A stretch of DNA of 64,000 nucleotides, from positions 1,062,224-1,126,223 of the forward strand of contig NW_003314277.1 of assembly GCF_000143415.4 (NCBI RefSeq), read 5' to 3'. This document shows, one piece after another, positions 25,545-37,979 of the stretch. Every line of letters begins with the position of its first letter. Within the stretch, counting starts at the first letter, position 1. A model generated the notes under the pieces. That model did not search any database. It saw only the letters and a list, made by a program, of their open reading frames with translations, and had not been told where the DNA came from. The DNA comes from Selaginella moellendorffii (taxonomy: Eukaryota; Plantae; Lycopodiophyta). The position numbers and the translations under genes are program-made.

Positions 25545-26966
25545 TCAAACTTTGTACATCTCCTCGATGCTCCTCTTCATCTTCTTGGTGCCCCGAGGCT
25601 TCTCGATCGGCTTGTTCATCCCGGCCATCTTGTTGTTGTACTGCGCACGAAACTTGTCATTGGAGCTCCACCTGAAAGGCCGGAAAAACTTCGATTAGAA
25701 CGAATCAAAGGCGAGGGAAGAACAAACTCACGGCGTGTCCCATCGCGTCGTGTCCTCGTTCACGAGATCCGTCCACTTCACTCGCCCACTGCGGCCAAAG
25801 TTCTTGACTTGCATCACTTTCGGGAGTATGCTCTTGTTGAGCTTGTCCTCTCCAGTCGGCTCCGAGTAGTCCCGCTTGTAAATGTCGTTCCCTCCAGGGA
25901 CAGCCGGATCCTTGTCGTCGGACATGAAGAACACTCCCTTGTGATAGTACTTTTGCATGTACTTCCACTTCTTCTTCGGAGCCGGGGCCTCCTTCGGGTT
26001 CTTCCGATCGTACTCCTTGCGTTCTTCCTCGCTCATCTTCCTCAGCCTCTCGATCTCCTCCTTCTCCTTGTTGGCGTTCTCCTTCTCGTCCCTCTCTCGC
26101 TTTATCCGCGCGATCTCTCTCGCCTTCCAGGCCTCGTACTCTTCTTGCCCGTTGGTCTCGTCGTCGGTGTTAACTTCGTCACCATTCGTGTCCGTCACCT
26201 TGTTCTTCTCGCGCTCTTCCTCCTTCCGGATCTCTTCCACCAGGAGGTGCTTGGACTCGATCTTCCGCAGCTCCAGCTTCTTCTTCCAATCCTCCATCAT
26301 CGCAATCTCCTCCGCCTCGAGCCGCTCGCGTTCCGCGATAGTCTCCCGGTCGGACTTCCTCACGAAAGTTGGCTTCATCATCGGCATCCCTCCCAGCTCG
26401 TCCTCCGAGTCGGTCTCTTCCTCCTCCTCGTCTTCCTCGTCTTCTTCCTCTTCGCCATCCTCTTCATCCTCCTCCGTGGCGGCAGCGGCGGCCTCCTCCT
26501 CCTCCTTTTGCTTCTGTAGAATCCTTTCCCTGTTCTTCTTCCGCCGCTCCTCCACCGCCTCCTCGTCCTCCACCTCCTCCGCTCCAGCATCTCTAGCGCC
26601 CGACTTCTCTTCCTGGCGGGTGGACACGATCTCCGCCTGCCGGATCTCTCTGTGCCTCGCCACCGCCTCATCGCGGTTCCTCCGGCTCTCGGCCAGCCGC
26701 CGGAGCCGAGGATCATCCTCCGCCCTCGCAGCGGGTCTAGCGGCAGCAACCTCCTTCTCGTCCACCGGAGCTTTCGATTTCTCTGGCTCCGGCTTCTTCT
26801 TCTTCTTCTCGAAATTCTCCTCCTCTTCTTCCTCCTCCTCCTCCTCGGCCGCCCATTCTGGCTTCTTGCCCGGCCAGTAGCGCTGGACCTTGGTCTGGCC
26901 GATCTTCCCTCGCAGCTTTTCCCTCACGGCTATGGCGACGTCTGTCACTCCCGCCGAGACTGACAT
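25545..26966 (-). CDS. MFAP1: Microfibrillar-associated protein 1 / spliceosomal factor, 2 exons
   Basis: Exons 26966-25732 and 25671-25545; KVQRYWPGK, EYEAWKAREIARIKR, QKYYHKGVFF, KNFGRSGRVKWTDL. Confidence 0.95.
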
Positions 26967-27097
26967 CGTTCTTGCTCGATCGAAATCCCTCCCACTGTGC
27001 TAAGATCTAGGCGAGTACCTGGTTCGTGTAGCCCATTCCAAGCGCCAGGAACCCTAACCCTAATTGTAAAACCTTTCCTCTTTACTCTTTCTTCGTC
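26967..27097. promoter_or_regulatory. 131-bp bidirectional promoter between MFAP1 and UBA5
   Basis: Head-to-head ATGs; telo-box aaccctaaccctaa near 27050 and site II-like agccca. Confidence 0.7.
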
Positions 27098-29199
27098 ATG
27101 GCGTCTGGCAGCAAGCTCAAGGCGCTCATCGATGCTGCTGACGATCTTCTCGCCGATCCCGCGGCAGCGTCCTCGGATCTACTCCGCGAATCGATCAATC
27201 AGGTTCGTATGTGTTTTTGCGTGATCTAGAAAGAGATTAGAGCGTTTTTGTTCGTGTAGCTCAAGAAGAATGTGGAGAAACTGGATGCTTTGTCGCAGAG
27301 AGATCCAGATCTACCCGCTCGACAGAAAATTCAGGTGTGAAATTCTTTTTTTTTGGCGTTTATTGTCGCGTGATTCTTTCTTTGGTTAGAACATGAGTGC
27401 CGAGGTCGTGGGAAGTAATCCTTACAGCAGGTTGATGGCTCTCAAACGCATGGGAATAGTGAATAACTATGAGAAAATTCGGGATTTTTCAGTAGCGATT
27501 GTGGTGAGCATTGTCTTTCCTTGTTGTTGAGCTTGTCAAACTCTTCTCTTTTTTTTTCTCAGGGTGTTGGAGGAGTTGGAAGTGTTGCAGCGGAGATGCT
27601 CACTAGATGTGGAATAGGCCGCCTCCTTCTCTATGACTACGACACTGTGGAACTCGCCAACATGAATCGTCTTTTCTTCCGTCCCGAGCAAGTACTGTCG
27701 TTTTGAGTGATCTTCTGAGTTCCTTTTCTGTGTTCTTCGTTTTAGGCAGGCCTATCGAAAACGGATGCTGCCGTGCAAACCTTGACCAGCATCAATCCGG
27801 ATGTTGTTTTGGAGGTAAAGCTTTTCTGGTAATGACCAAATGACCAAAGCTCTCCAGCCTGCTGCAGGGGTATAAGCTCAACATTACGACAGTGGAAGGA
27901 TTCGGGAGCTTTATGGAGAGTCTTGCACGACCTTTCAAGGAGAAATCGAGTGCTTCTCCGAGTGGAGTTGATCTCGTTCTTAGTTGTGTGGACAACTACG
28001 AAGCACGTATGGTAGTAAATCAGGTAAAGCTTTTTCTTGGTTTTGTGTTGAAGCTTTTCTCATGTTTCCTTGTGCTAGGCCTGTAACGAGCTTGGGCAAA
28101 CTTGGATAGAGTCAGGTAAAGCTAATACATCTTTTCAAGGTGGAGCCACATAATTTTTGGAACAGGAGTTTCTGAGGATGCTGTCTCTGGTCATATACAG
28201 CTTTTGATTCCTGGCGAAACAGCCTGTTTTGCTTGTGCACCCCCGCTGGTAAGACTTTCCAGATTTTCTATTCCTTGCATTCATGCGTGGCTTCAGGTGG
28301 TCGCATCTGGAATTGATGAGCGAACGCTTAAACGTGAGGGAGTCTGTGCTGCTTCTTTGCCAACCACGATGGTGTTATTGCGGTTACGGTTTCATTCGTC
28401 TCCGTCTTGACCCTTTGGAATGTTTTGCAGGGAATTGTTGCGGGTCTACTGGTCCAAAGTACGCTCAAATATCTGTTGGAGTTTGGACAAGTGTCGAGAT
28501 ACCTGGTAAGTGGATCATTTACTTCTCTTCGCTATCCAGTTCTTAAAGAGCTGCGTATATCAGGGCTATAGCGCACTCAAGGATTTCTTTCCAACGATGG
28601 AAATGAAGCCCAATACCCAGTGCACAAATGCTGCCTGTGTGGAGCGTCAGGTAGGCATTAATTACGAGGAAAGCAAAGTCGACCGATCGAGAGATGTGTT
28701 GAATTTCTGTACAGCATGAATACGTGAAAAAGAAGCCCGAGAGAGACGCTCTTGCGAGAGCCAAAGCCGAGGCGGATCGAGCAGTACAGGATGTTGCACC
28801 CCTTCACGAGGACAACGAGTGGAACATCACGTAAGTTTTCTTCTTCTCGTTTCTTCTTCGTTGTTTGGTTTTGCGCTCTCGGGCTTACTCCTCCTGTTTG
28901 GTTTCATCGCAGCGTAATGGACGACGACGACGACAAAGACGTGTTTTTGGATGCTCAAACGACGCCGAATTCGCGTAAGTTCTTCGTTTTCTCATTCCTT
29001 CTCTCCAGAGATCTTGCGAGGGAAATCTCATACGTTGGCGATGTGTGCAGAGATTCTTCCCGAGGGATTTCTGCGAGAGCTCCCAGACGCGGACGATGCG
29101 TTTCGCAAACTTGATGAGGCATTTGTTGGTGGAGCCGCAGCGCAAGATAACGATCTAGAAGAGTTAGAGCGGCAGCTCCAGGCTCTAAACTCGGATTAG
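27098..29199 (+). CDS. UBA5: UFM1-activating enzyme, multi-exon
   Basis: [75 protein letters not shown]. Confidence 0.95.
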
Positions 29200-29774
29200 C
29201 TTTAGCTTAAATGCGATGTCTTTGGCACTAACCAAACCCCCCCAACGTTCCAAAATTTGAAAGGCGACAGGAGTAAAATTTGAAAATTTAACCCTGTGTC
29301 GCCGGTAGCACTTCCCGGCACGCCGGCAAAGCGGTCACGCGTGCGTTTGGGCTTTCCGGCCATTAATCCCGGCCGGCAGGTAACCGTTGCCAAAATTGCC
29401 ACTGCCCGTCAAAGGCCTTTGGAAAGCCGCCCGTCGCTGCCCGTCACCGCCCTTCCCATCGAGCAAATACCGTTCTGTGGGCACTCGGATCCACCGTCCG
29501 TCCCCCAATCTTTCGAATCTCCACCGTTAGATCCGCCAGGTATGGACGCGAGCTAAGGAGCTAGGGTTTCGTTTGGTAGCGAGCATGGGGCGCCATGGAG
29601 TTTCTAGGGTTTGTAGCGCCTGCTGGGAGCTGAGATTGCGGCAGGCGCCTTGGCGCGGGTGTCCCGGGGCCTTGGATTTCGATTTCCAGCATAGATCTTT
29701 GCAGCTTACTTGAGCCGGGGCATAGATTTTCAACAGGTATGGTAGAAATCGCAATTAGGAGCAGTAGCAGATAG

Positions 29775-32648
29775 ATGGCATCGAGCAAGGTCAAAGGCAG
29801 CAACAGCACGACTGATGATCCGCCCCACTCCTCCATTTGTTCCTCTGGAGCGGACACGGACGACGATGCGACGAATCAATTGCCTCCGGTGCAGGGGTAT
29901 GGCTTGGATTTCTCGTGAATTGGCTTGATTTTGGGATTCTGTCCAGGCGAATTGGCGGGCCAACGAGGAGATCTTCCAAAGGAGGCTGGACCGCTGACGA
30001 GGTGATTGAATTATCCATTAGTACCGTTTGGTTCTTCCAGGACTTTTGTTTTTTAATCTAATTTTATTTCTTCGTCCAGGATGATGTTCTGAGACGAGCT
30101 GTGCAATGTTTCAAGTCGAAGAATTGGAAAAAGATTGGTATGTTGTGTCGATCTGATGCTTTCAGTTCTGTGCTCAACGACGTCTTTGGTTTGTTTCCAG
30201 CCGCGTTTTTCAAAAATCGTACCGATGTGCAGTGCTTGCATCGGTGGCAAAAGGTTTTAAATCCCGACCTTGTGAAGGGTCCGTGGACGAAAGAGGTGAG
30301 AAGAACAACAACTAGTTGATACTAGCCGTGAAGTTTGCTCATTTTTGGTTCTTTGTAGGAGGATGATAGGATAATTGAGCTGGTGAACAAGTATGGTGCT
30401 AAGAAATGGTCAGTCATTGCGCAAAACTTGCCTGGACGGATCGGAAAGCAGTGTCGAGAGAGATGGCACAACCATCTTAATCCTAATATCAAAAGGGATG
30501 CTTGGACTCAACAGGAAGATCTTGCTCTAATTTATGCACACCAACGCTACGGAAACAAATGGGCCGAGATAGCGAAGTTTTTACCCGGAAGGTAGGTGCT
30601 CCTGCTTCTGTTGAATAATCGGCCTGACTTCCGCATTTACAGGACGGACAATTCCATCAAGAATCACTGGAACAGTACCATGAAGAAGAAGGTTGATCCA
30701 GCACTTGCAAATGACCCGATTTCGAAAGCCCTCGCAGACTATCAACTTCAAATGGAGGCTAAGCAGGCACAAGCGGTCCCAAGGCCTCCGCATCCCAAAA
30801 TTCCTCTGGCTCCCGGCTTTGATCCATCGCTTCGACAGAAAAGGATTGCGTCTACGGAACCCGGACTGATTTCTCAGCCACCTTCGGGATTGTATCCTGC
30901 GTATTATTTGTCGGGAGAGTGCTCCATGGACGCAGCCAGTCAGCCTACAACGGAAGATCTAGCTCAGTCCAACTCGCTCGACGTTTCGACTGCGACAGAA
31001 CCATCTGCAGCGGCATATGGACAGGATCAGAATATGGTTGAGCACTTTGAACCGGTTTTCTCATCGCTGAACGAGATGAAGCTCGAAGAAAGTGCCGGGG
31101 AAGGGACTACCAAAGCAGATGCCTCACAAGAAATTACCGAGGAACAGGATCTTCTTTTCTACGAACCGCCTCGCCTGGCCAGCTCGGACTTGCCTTTTAT
31201 GAACTATGACCTCAGCAGTGCGCATGAAGAGTACAGTCCTCTCGGGGTGAGACAGATGATAATGCCGTTCGTGAATTGTACAACACCGTTCACGTACTCT
31301 CCATCCAGCTTCACCAGTCCCCAAGAAAAGCTGAGGTCTGCTGCAAAGAGTTTTGGAGGAACGCCTTCTATATTGCGAAAGAGACCGAGGCAGCTCTTGA
31401 GTCCTTCGCAGGCTGGTGGTGGTGACGGAGCCAAGTTTGCAGAGCCAAGGCTGACGGATAATGCTGGGAATGCGGCCAGCAAAGCGGAAGGCAGCGCGGT
31501 TTTACTGTCTCCTCCTTACAACGTTTCTTCAAAGTTGTCTTCAATATCAGAGGCAAATGATATTGGAGTGGACGAATTTCGAAGACTCAGGCAGCACTTC
31601 CAGGCATGCAGCGCTGATATCAACGCAGAGTGCAGTAAAGGCGACTCCGAGGAATCTGCTCGTGGAGAAGGAGAGGTTAAGTCGAAGAGGGGAAGACTTG
31701 GCGATGGTGGTGATGCCTCAAGCGAGAAGCAACAAATCCAGGTATTCTACTCTCTTCTTACTGCCCTGTTTGTATTGTTTTTATGACATTTTGTCGGCAG
31801 CAAACATCGTCCTCTGATCGGCCTCTTCTGTTGGATCCTGGAGAATCACCGCCACCCCATAAAGCGAAGGGAAAAGCAAAGCTGACGATCAAAACTCCTA
31901 GCCGGCTTGGCGTCTTGGGTCAGAGCACACTGAACTCCGCTAATAAATGGCAAGTCATGTTTCTTTCTTTCTTTCTTTGCTTGGTACAGTTTTAACCGGA
32001 ATGCGTGCAGTGATCGTTTCTTCAGCGGTTTGTCACCACTTTCGAAGTCTCCGTGGAGGCTTGATTCGTTCCTCTCCTTGGGAAAGGATGGCTCGCCTTC
32101 GCTTCTTCAGGTGTGCAAAGATTTTCTTGCAAGGATTTAGAGAGTCTCGCTAACGGTCTTTCTAGCAGGGGATGAATTTGCCAATGGATGGTGGAGGAGA
32201 CGACGCGCTGGGCATTATGATGCACCTGAGCGAGCATGCTGCCACAGCGTACTCGGACGCTGAGGAGGTGCTGGCCAAGGTACCGTCCTCTGAAAGCGCG
32301 GTCACCCCCATTCCACTTCGTAAGATGCGAATGGATGAAAACATTTTCTCTCACGACTCCAAGGAGAACATGACAGAGTCGGATGACAACGCAGGGGGCA
32401 CCTCGGGATCGTTACTAAGTTGGCTCCTCGTAAGTTTTGCTCGTCCTTCTCTCTACATCTCTTTCCCAACTTGGCTTAAGTAGTAATCTGCCTTGCAGCC
32501 TTTCCAAGCGGAGATTTGCTCGCCAAACATGGACCTGACGAACTTGCTCCGCGGACCACTGGCAGCCGACGACACGGGCCAAGCTGCTGCGGCGGGGCTG
32601 CTGGATCCATTCAGTCCGTCCATGTATCTCTTGAAAGAGTACCGGTAA
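29775..32648 (+). CDS. MYB3R: R1R2R3-MYB transcription factor (MYB3R)
   Basis: RRSSKGGWT, RTDVQCLHRWQKVLNPDLVKGPW, RIGKQCRERWHNHLNP, RTDNSIKNHWNS, LFYEPPR, LRSAAKSFGGTPSILRKR, C-terminal SPSMYLLKEYR*. Confidence 0.95.
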
Positions 32649-32820
32649 TTTATCATCATATACCTCTAAATCTCTCAGCTTCCAGGTTCTCTGTTTCCTC
32701 TCGAGGAAAGGTATGTACCCATTTTTGTGTAAATGTAGCAGCGCTCATACTGGTTTTTAAGCGTGACTTTCTATCTGTATTTACTCACTCTCTCTTTTCT
32801 CGCTAATGACACACGGTTTG

Positions 32821-35475
32821 TTACCGCGAGCAGAGCCCCGCGGTGTCAATCGACCGGAGCCTTCTAATCTCCTCGTCGAGGCCCCGGATTATCCTGTCGT
32901 GGACGGTGTAGACTCCCGTTTGCAGTAAGTCGGCCTTCTGCTTGGTGAGCCTCACTATCTCAGACCTCTGGAATGCAGTTATCTGTGATAGGAAGGGCTC
33001 GCTGTCGTCAAACGAAGGAGCAACTATGTGCTCCATCGCTGCTAGTCTCTCGAAAAGCTCTCCTTTCGGTGGTGGTGGTGGCGGCGGCGGCGGCGGCGGC
33101 AGTGGAGGCTTTTGAGGCACTGGATTGCGTTGCTCGGGCTCGGCAACTGCTGGATGACTGGTTGCCGGGATCACAGCTTCCTTGTGCTCCTTGGTCTCGT
33201 GCTTGCTTTCGTCAGGTTCGCTCTCTTTGGCATCGGCAGTGGCCTCTTTGCTCAATGCCTCGGTATTTACTTGGCGTCGTGATACAGCAGCGGTGGCAGC
33301 AGCAGCGGCGGCAGCTGCGGCGGCCGTGAGAGCCGTTTGCTCCTGTTGCTGGAGGCGCTCCACTTGTTCTTTCAGCTGCTTGAGCTCGAGCTTGTCTTGG
33401 CTAGCTGCGCGAAGATGTTCCTGGAGCATTGCCGTGAGAGCCGTCGTGTCCCGACCGCCGCTGCTAGGCCGCGGGGGCGGTGGCTCTTGCGAGCGCTTGC
33501 GCATGTTTGCGAGTTCTTTGGCCAGCCGTATCACCTGTGAGCAAATCCCTCCCTCTATTGAGTCAAAAGGAAAGAGAAAAGGTGGTGGAACTTTCTTGAT
33601 ACCTGTGCTTTGTACTCGTCTCGGGTCTTTTCGGCTGCGTCAGCTTTCTTTTCCAGCTCGTGGCATTGGTGCTTGAGGACTAGGATCTGGGCTGCGAGGT
33701 CGGCCTCGGAGGATAGCCTCTGTGCGGATTTGTAGGCCGCAAACTCCTTCTCCACCGCGGCCAGCGTCGCGTTTGTGCTTGCCAGGCGCTGCTCCACGGC
33801 AGCGTATTGCTGCTGGAGCATCACAAACTTGCCGTGCTCCATCTCGATTCGTTGCTGGTAGTCGGCTTGCATTCTCTTGGCAACATTCTGAAACGCACAA
33901 GCAAAAGATTTGAGCATTGGCAAAAGTGAAAAGAAAGAAAGCGAGAAAACCTCGGCATCTGCTACTCGCTGTGCGCATTCTCGTTTCAAGGCTTCCTTTC
34001 TCAAAGCCGCTTCTTCTTCGGCATGAACCAGCGTTCTATCTCGTTTCTCCACAGCTAGTAGCTTCGTCCTGGAACAAAAGAAGAAGAATGACTCTCAGGG
34101 CGCTACGAAGGAAAGCTCGTCTCATAGTTCTTTTGTCTTCCTTACCTTAGCTTTGCTTCCAGATTAGCGAGCTCAAGTCTAACCTTGTCCAAGGCAGCAG
34201 CTTGATCCTTTTGTTTCCTCTTGGACTCCTCTTCCAGGGCCTTGATCGTCGCGACTTCCTTCTCCTTGAGCTCTGCGCGCCACCTCGCTTCTTCCGACCG
34301 CCGCCACATCTCAAACTCCCATGCCAGCTCGTACTCGACGTGCTCCCGGAGATCATCGCTCTTCTCGTCTTTGGCAGCACAGTGCACCACGTCTTTGCTA
34401 ACCGGTTGGAACGAAACCGATGCCTTCTCGTGCTGCACGGCAGGAGCAGTCGAAGCAGCAGCAGTGGCCGTGGTCTTTTCTTTCTCGGCGTTCCTCTGCC
34501 CATTCTTTTTGGAAGCTCCTTCGGCCGCCGAAGTATCGGTTTGCACAGCCACGGCCTTCGATCCGAGGTACTGGCTGATGTTGTTCTTGAGAAGAAGGAA
34601 CGACTCTTCCAGCCCCGGACACGGATGATTCAGTGATGGCTCCTTGCCTTCCACGCGCTTGTGCTGTGATCCACTGACGGGTCCTAGTTCCTCGGCCGCG
34701 AGCACGATCCTGATGGAACCAGTCGTGACCTGTCTTACAATTAGCGCGATCGGAAAAACTGGATGCAACCCAAGTTACTTGTTTCTCGTTCCTCACAGTC
34801 ACGTAGCCATCGAGTCGTGGGTCGTGCATCAACGGAGCCATGGAGATTCGAGCAATTCCTATCACGCTGTCCGCTGCATACCTGTGGAAGAACAAAGAGC
34901 TTGAAACCAAAAAGGAATTTGTTTTCTTGGTACCTATCGCGATGATAGACTTCGGCTAGAAGATGAGGATCTTGTGCCAGTGTCGCAGCCAAGCCAAGCA
35001 CAGAAACCGGCAGCTCCAGAGCAACGTAGCTGAAAACCAGTTTGGCAGCACCAGATTATCATCTGTAGAGAAGTGTATCATTATAAAAGCTCGCAATCCT
35101 TCTAACACTCAAACAAACAACAAAGAGCTAAAGGAAAAGCGTTTCTCTCTTCTTTTTTTTTCTCTCGGGGAAGAGATCTCTCTTCTTTTCTTCCTACGAG
35201 GAAGAGGAGACTCACCCATTTGGAATGGTGACTTCGCTGCATCGCTCCACGAGAACAGGAGGATGGCTCCTCAGCGGCGCCGTAAGCTTGGCCGCATTGC
35301 TCCCCGGAGTGGCCGACTCGAGGGCCAGCTTGACGATCTCCGGCGGTAGCACCACCTTGACGAACGCATTCACGGCGCGCATTGGCAGGCGCACGCCCGC
35401 CTTGAAGCTCCGCACATCCACGCTCACGCGGAAGAGCCGCAAGGCGGCATCGCCAGCTCCACCCCCGCCTTCCAT
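32821..35475 (-). CDS. CEP120: Centrosomal protein CEP120-like (C2 domain plus coiled coil)
   Basis: FRVSVDVRSFK C2-like start, EYELAWEFEMWR, long coiled coil, C-terminal LLQTGVYTVHDRIIRGLD as in CEP120; GT-AG introns. Confidence 0.8.
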
Positions 35476-35615
35476 GGACCAAGAACCCTAAATTTCCAAC
35501 GAACTAAAGAATTTTTCTTTTTTTTAGGGCAAAGCTTCGCATTTGAAATTTAGGGCAGGACCATACAAATTCCCATTACCAAAGGTTCATAATCGTGTGA
35601 TCAGTGGCTAGGGTT

Positions 35616-36402
35616 ATGGGTGGCGGCTTCACTTGCGTTGTGGGCGGCTTGCCCTGGTATGCCGATCAACGAGACCTGGATGGATTCATCCGGTTTGGAG
35701 ATATCACCAGCGCCAAGGTAATAAAGATTCAATGCCTTTTTGTTTTGAAATTCTCTTCTTTTCTCAATTAATTAGATCATGCGTGACGAGAAGAACTTCC
35801 CAATGGGCTATGGCCTCGTCACCTTTAGCAGCGAGAGAGGCATGCGCAAGGCCATTGAGAAGATGAACGGCAAGCCCTTGCCGGACACGGGCTACGAGGT
35901 CCACCTGCTAGACGTGTTTGAAGCAACACCGGGGAGGGACTCTTGGAGCTGGGACACGCGAGAGTGCGAGAGGTGTGGACTGCCCGGCCACTGCAAAAAG
36001 GATTGCAACTCCATTCCCCCTACCGATCCAAAGCATGTCTTTGCGGGAGAGCTCAAGCCCCACCCATTCAGACCTGAGGTGCGTTAAAGCTTGCAATTTC
36101 TCCGTGAAAGTTTGTCATCTCTCCTCCTTGTGTGTGTGTGCGAGGTTATGCGGTACACGCTCACCCGTGAGGACTGGCCATGGGAGCCCCCGGCGCCTGA
36201 TTACACCCAGAGAGAATGGCGGCAGGTGAGGAGAACGTATTGGAACATGACGGTCGCTGTGGATCCAAATCGGCTCCGGAAGAGCGTTTTGGAAGCCTTT
36301 GATCGCTATGGCCCCTGGGAGTTCTTCCATGATCCTATGGACAGAGCTGATGGCTCTTTGCGTCCGGTCCCCAGGATTATCAGGCCGACCTTTGTTTTCT
36401 AG
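35616..36402 (+). CDS. Small RRM plus CCHC zinc-knuckle protein, 3 exons
   Basis: TCVVGGLPW (RNP2-like), MGYGLVTF (RNP1-like), CERCGLPGHCKKDC; introns approx. 35718-35776 and 36079-36144. Confidence 0.75.
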
Positions 36403-36419
36403 TAAATAAAGGGTTCACA

Positions 36420-36765
36420 AAATTTAGACTACAGTTGCAACGAAACCGATGCCTGCACAGTCGAAGCAGTTTCTCAGTGTTCCTCGGCCCATTTTGTCTT
36501 TTGGAGCTCCATCCGCCCAAGTATCGTTTCACAGCCACGGCCTTCGATCCGAGGTACGGGCTTAGAAGAAGGAACGACTCTGGATGATTCAGTGATGGCC
36601 TCTTGGTACCTAGCGAGGATCTTATAAAACCTCGCAATCCTTCTAACACTCTAGCTAAAGAACTAAAAAGCTTCTCTCTCTTTTTTGAGAAAACGAATGG
36701 TGACTTACCAAGAACCCTAAATTCCCAACGAACTTTCTAGGGCACATTTGAAGTTTAGGGTTCTT
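36420..36765. repeat. Deletion-riddled duplicate of the CEP120 5' half and its promoter (approx. 34400-35560)
   Basis: Ordered identical blocks: aacgaaaccgatgcc, cacagccacggccttcgatccgaggtac, agaagaaggaacgactct, ggatgattcagtgatggc, ctcgcaatccttctaacactc, gaatggtgactt, accaagaaccctaaatt. Confidence 0.85.
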
Positions 36766-36770
36766 GAGCT

Positions 36771-37706
36771 ATGGCAGTGCTGCTAGGCAGCTTGTCGGCT
36801 CCTGGCATCCATCCTCTAGCCAGGAGATCACCACAGAGGAAGGGCTTCTCGGCGTCTAGGTTGTCAATCCGGTGCTGCGAATCTTCTCCTCCTCGCGACT
36901 ACGTGCCAGTGGTGAAAATGTGTGGGATCACCACACCCGGGGATGCCAGTCGCGCGGCGGCGGCCGGGGCGAGCTACATTGGGATGATTCTCTGGCCGCG
37001 ATCCAAGCGATCCGTGTCGATCTCCCTCGCGAGAGAGATCGCCGCCGCGGCCAGGGAGCAGGGCGCGGTGCCGGTGGGGGTTTTCGTGGACGAGGACGCG
37101 CACACGATCGCGGATTCGTGCCGGGAGGCCGGGCTAGATTGCGCGCAGGTAAGCCAGTGCTCCAGGGAATTGGGGAACTCTTCCAGGATGATGAGATTGG
37201 CACTGGCAGCTCCATGGAAGCGGTGCTAGAGCAGCGCTCGATGGCCTCGCATCGTCCTCGTCATCGCTACGAGTGATCTACGTAGCTCACGCCGACAAGG
37301 ATGGATCCATCCAAACTCCACAGCCTGTGGCGGGGGCTCCCGTGGAGTGGACACTGATCGATAGCATTCAGGGTGGAAGGTATGCGATCTTTTCCTTGCG
37401 TGTTCTTCGGCTAGAACAAACTTTTTTTTCTCTGTGGGACTTGACAGTGGCGAGAGTTTCGATTGGGAATCCTTGAGTCGGCCAGGCTTGGGCTTTGTTG
37501 GGAAGAGAGGATGGTTCTTGGCTGGAGGATTGAAGCCCGAGAATGTGGGAAGGGCGATCTCGCTGCTGAGGCCGAGTGGAGTGGACGTTTCGAGTGGGAT
37601 TGCTGGGCCGGATGGGATTGCCAAGGACTTGGATCGCATCGCCTCTTTCGTGAGCGCCGTCCACAACTGGAGGAGCCAGCGAGAAGAGAATGCTCTGCTA
37701 TTATGA
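36771..37706 (+). CDS. PAI: Phosphoribosylanthranilate isomerase (TrpF), plastid-targeted, 3 exons
   Basis: [50 protein letters not shown]; exons 36771-37148, 37210-37379, 37448-37706. Confidence 0.95.
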
Positions 37707-37979
37707 ACAAGTTCCACTTCGCTTGGAGCATTTACCGCAAGAAGGCATTTTGTGTTTGGGAAGATTCCGTACTACACTTGGCTTGGAGTGAGACGATTGT
37801 CTTTGAGAGTTGTGAACGTCATTGGCGTTGTTTCTTCTTCAGCTAGCTTCGGCCGATTGTCTCGATGGATCGAGGTGGTGCTTGGAAAGATCACGCGTTT
37901 TCAGTTACCCTTTGGACTTGTGTAGAGTTGCAAGCGCCCAAAGGCACTTGCATTATTTGATCAGCACTATTTCTTGACG

